Positions 4,287-7,142 of a stretch of DNA of 7,142 nt are shown here, piece by piece (positions within the stretch are counted from its first letter, which is position 1; each line of letters starts with the position of its first letter). Source of the DNA: Candidatus Iainarchaeum sp. (GTDB lineage Archaea > Iainarchaeota > Iainarchaeia > Iainarchaeales > CSSED10-239); assembly GCA_937968065.1 (NCBI GenBank), contig CALBUD010000073.1:1-7142 (forward strand), read 5' to 3'. The translations under genes and the position numbers were made by a program. The notes below the pieces were generated by a model. The model did not search any database and was not told the DNA's origin. It was given only the letters and a program-made list of their open reading frames with translations.

Positions 4287-7109
4287 ATGGCTTTAAAAGA
4301 CATTGTTATCAAGGGTGCAAGAGAGCATAACTTAAAAAACATAGATGTAGCTATACCTAAAGATAAATTAGTTGTAATTACAGGACTTTCAGGTTCTGGA
4401 AAATCAACTTTAGCTTTTGATACTATTTATGCAGAAGGACAAAGAAGATATGTTGAATCTTTATCTTCTTATGCAAGACAATTTTTAGGAATGATGACAA
4501 AACCAGATGTTGATTCAATTGATGGTTTATCTCCAGCCATTTCAATTGAACAAAAAACAACTTCTAAAAATCCAAGATCAACTGTTGGAACAGTGACTGA
4601 AGTTTATGATTATCTAAGATTATTATTTGCAAGAATAGGAACTCCATTCTGTCCTGATCATCCTCTTCAAAAAATAGAAAATCAATCTCCTAAAAAACTT
4701 TCAGAAAATATTTTAAAAACATTTAATGAAGAGATTTTAATTTTATCTCCAATCATAAGACAAAAAAAAGGAACTTATGAAAGACTTTTAGAAGAATTAA
4801 ATAAAGAAGGATATACAAGAGTAAAAATAAATAATCAAATAATAAGAACTGATGAAAAAATATCTTTAGATAGATATAAAAAACATGATATTGATGTTGT
4901 TATTGATAAAATAAATTTAAAAGAAAAAGAAAATCAAAGACTTATTGAAGCAATTACAAATGCAATAAATAAATCTCCTGACAAACTTGTAAAAATAATT
5001 TCTGTAAAAGAAAATAAAGAACAAATCTATTCTTCAAAAATGTCTTGTCCTATATGTGGTTTATCTTTTGAAGAATTACAACCTAGAATGTTTTCTTTTA
5101 ATTCTCCTTTTGGAGCTTGTGAAGAATGTTCGGGTCTTGGTATAAAAATAATATTTGATGAAAATTTAATAATTCCTGATAAAGAAAAATCAATTGCAGA
5201 TGGTGCGATTGCAATTTATAGAAATGCTGTTGATGGTTGGAGAGGACAACATTTAGCAACTATAGGAAAAAGATATGGTTTTACTCCTTTTACAAAAATA
5301 AAAGATTTTACAAAAAAACAATACAATATCTTAATGTATGGTTCTGAAAATCCAATTGATTTTAACTTACAAGGAAAAAATGGAACTTCTTCTTTTTCAT
5401 ACACTGGGGTCTGGGAAGGATTAATTCCACAAACAGAAAGATTATATCATCAAACAGATTCTGAATATAGAAAACAAGAAATGGAAAAATTCATGAAAAC
5501 TTTACCTTGTCCTAAGTGTCATGGTAAAAGACTTAAAAAAAAAATATTAGCAGTAAAGATAGATAATAAATCAATAATTGACATAACTAACATGTCTATA
5601 AAAAACACAATTCTTTTTTTTAAAAATATTATTTTAAATCAAAAACAAAAAGAAATTGCAAAACATATCTTAAAAGAAATTAATTCTCGTTTAGAATTTT
5701 TAGAAAAAGTAGGATTATCCTACCTTACTCTTTCAAGAAATGCAGGAACTCTTTCAGGTGGAGAAGCACAAAGAATAAGACTTGCAACCAATTTAGGAAC
5801 TAATCTTACAGGTGTTCTTTATATCTTAGATGAACCTTCAATTGGGCTTCATCAAAGAGATAATCAAAAATTAATAGATACTCTTTTTAAATTAAGAGAT
5901 TTAGGAAATACTGTAATTGTTGTAGAGCATGATGAAGATACAATTTTAAAAGCAGATCATGTTATTGATATTGGTCCTGGAGCTGGTGTTTTTGGTGGAG
6001 AAATTATTTTTTCAGGAAACCCTAAAGATATTTTAAAAAATAAAAAATCTTTAACAGGAAGATATTTATCAAAAGAATTAAAAGTTGATTTTTTAAAGAA
6101 AAAAAGAGAAATTAATAATTTTATAGAAATTTTAGGAGCACAAGAAAATAATCTTAAAAACATAGATGTTAAAATACCAACTTCTGTTCTAACAGCTATA
6201 ACTGGAGTTTCAGGTTCTGGAAAATCAACATTAATTAATGAAATTTTATATAAACAACTTACAAATGAAATTTATAAATCTAAAGAAAATCCTGGAAAGC
6301 ACAAAGAAATAATTTTTAAAGAACATGTAGATAAAATAATCTCAATTGATCAATCTCCTATAGGAAGAACACCGCGATCAAATCCTGCAACATATACTAA
6401 AGTTTTTGATGATGTTAGAAGTTTATTTGCACAAACAACAGAAGCTAAAATAAGAGGGTATGATCAAGGAAGATTCTCATTTAATGTTAAAGGTGGAAGA
6501 TGTGATGCTTGTTCTGGTGATGGACAAATAAAAATAGAAATGAATTTTTTACCAGATATTTATGTTGATTGTGAAGAATGTAAAGGAAAAAGGTATAATC
6601 ATGAAACTTTAGAAATAAAATATAAAGGAAAATCTATTTCTGATGTTTTAGATATGTCTGTTCAAGAAGCTTATTCTTTTTTTGAAAACATACCTTCTTT
6701 AAAAAGAAAATTAAAAACATTAATGGATGTTGGTTTAACTTATATAAAACTTGGACAAAGCTCTACAACTCTTTCTGGTGGAGAGGCACAAAGAATAAAA
6801 ATAACAAAAGAACTTTCAAAAAGAGATACTGGGAAAACACTTTATATCTTGGACGAACCAACCACTGGTCTTCATTTCCATGATGTTAAAAAATTAATTG
6901 AAGTTTTAAATAAATTAGTTGATAAAAAAAACACAGTTGTTGTTATTGAACATAATTTAGATGTTATAAAATCTTCTGATTGGATAATAGATTTAGGTCC
7001 TGAAGGTGGAGAAGAAGGCGGTGAGGTTATCTTTTCAGGTCCTGTTGAAGAAATTATAAAAAATAAAAAAAGTTATACTGGTTCTTTTTTAAAACCTTTT
7101 TTTAAATAG
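4287..7109 (+). CDS. uvrA: Excinuclease ABC subunit A (UvrA), class I, 940 aa
   Basis: Two ABC modules are present. Walker A: GLSGSGKST and GVSGSGKST. Signature: LSGGEAQR twice. Walker B: LYILDEPS and LYILDEPT. H-loops: VVEHD and VIEHN. Zn modules: CPDH...CPICG...CEECSG, CPKCHGKRL, and CDACSGDG...CEECKGKRY. UvrB-binding and insertion domains are present. Start moved to M16 of the ORF-track protein, because MALKDIVIKGAREHNLKN is the canonical UvrA N-terminus and gives the typical 940-aa length. Confidence 0.95.
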   Translation: MALKDIVIKGAREHNLKNIDVAIPKDKLVVITGLSGSGKSTLAFDTIYAEGQRRYVESLSSYARQFLGMMTKPDVDSIDGLSPAISIEQKTTSKNPRSTVGTVTEVYDYLRLLFARIGTPFCPDHPLQKIENQSPKKLSENILKTFNEEILILSPIIRQKKGTYERLLEELNKEGYTRVKINNQIIRTDEKISLDRYKKHDIDVVIDKINLKEKENQRLIEAITNAINKSPDKLVKIISVKENKEQIYSSKMSCPICGLSFEELQPRMFSFNSPFGACEECSGLGIKIIFDENLIIPDKEKSIADGAIAIYRNAVDGWRGQHLATIGKRYGFTPFTKIKDFTKKQYNILMYGSENPIDFNLQGKNGTSSFSYTGVWEGLIPQTERLYHQTDSEYRKQEMEKFMKTLPCPKCHGKRLKKKILAVKIDNKSIIDITNMSIKNTILFFKNIILNQKQKEIAKHILKEINSRLEFLEKVGLSYLTLSRNAGTLSGGEAQRIRLATNLGTNLTGVLYILDEPSIGLHQRDNQKLIDTLFKLRDLGNTVIVVEHDEDTILKADHVIDIGPGAGVFGGEIIFSGNPKDILKNKKSLTGRYLSKELKVDFLKKKREINNFIEILGAQENNLKNIDVKIPTSVLTAITGVSGSGKSTLINEILYKQLTNEIYKSKENPGKHKEIIFKEHVDKIISIDQSPIGRTPRSNPATYTKVFDDVRSLFAQTTEAKIRGYDQGRFSFNVKGGRCDACSGDGQIKIEMNFLPDIYVDCEECKGKRYNHETLEIKYKGKSISDVLDMSVQEAYSFFENIPSLKRKLKTLMDVGLTYIKLGQSSTTLSGGEAQRIKITKELSKRDTGKTLYILDEPTTGLHFHDVKKLIEVLNKLVDKKNTVVVIEHNLDVIKSSDWIIDLGPEGGEEGGEVIFSGPVEEIIKNKKSYTGSFLKPFFK

Positions 7110-7142
7110 TTTTTATACAAATCTATTTAAAACTATTTATTA

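Noticed and set aside
5216-5404. 62-aa antisense ORF inside uvrA
   Set aside because: It is embedded antisense in a confidently identified UvrA gene, with no start signals or recognisable motifs.
5957-6163. 68-aa antisense ORF inside uvrA
   Set aside because: Same reasoning: it is an antisense shadow ORF within uvrA.
1-7142. CRISPR arrays, IS or integrase genes, defence or toxin-antitoxin modules, and alternative genetic code
   Set aside because: There are no regularly spaced repeats and no transposase, integrase or nuclease-like ORFs. All four CDSs are intact under the standard code with TAA or TAG stops and no in-frame TGA requiring reassignment.

Overview
Very AT-rich window (about 30% GC or less by eye) carrying core housekeeping genes. 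In order: a small Cys-rich membrane-anchored protein (43-333, +); threonyl-tRNA synthetase (354-2267, -); FtsZ (2409-3518, -, start trimmed from the ORF track); a ~270-nt SRP RNA (3685-3954, +); a 330-nt T-rich non-coding spacer; and UvrA (4287-7109, +, start trimmed). The SRP RNA accounts for the only GC-rich island and for the two spurious ORFs called over it. FtsZ sequence features, a consensus TATA box ~25 nt upstream of the SRP RNA 5' end, and oligo-T terminators point to a small-genome archaeon (DPANN-like). thrS and uvrA, however, have bacterial architecture and the SRP helix-8 core looks bacterial, so a bacterial origin cannot be excluded from this window alone. I see no CRISPR array, transposase or integrase, toxin-antitoxin pair or recognisable defence gene, and I cannot support a novel multi-gene system here. 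Four items deserve a second look: the unclassifiable Cys-rich small protein; the compact AU-rich SRP RNA (internal oligo-U tracts, minimal or absent helix 6); the bacterial-type thrS and uvrA in an apparently archaeal context; and the repeat-containing spacer upstream of uvrA.
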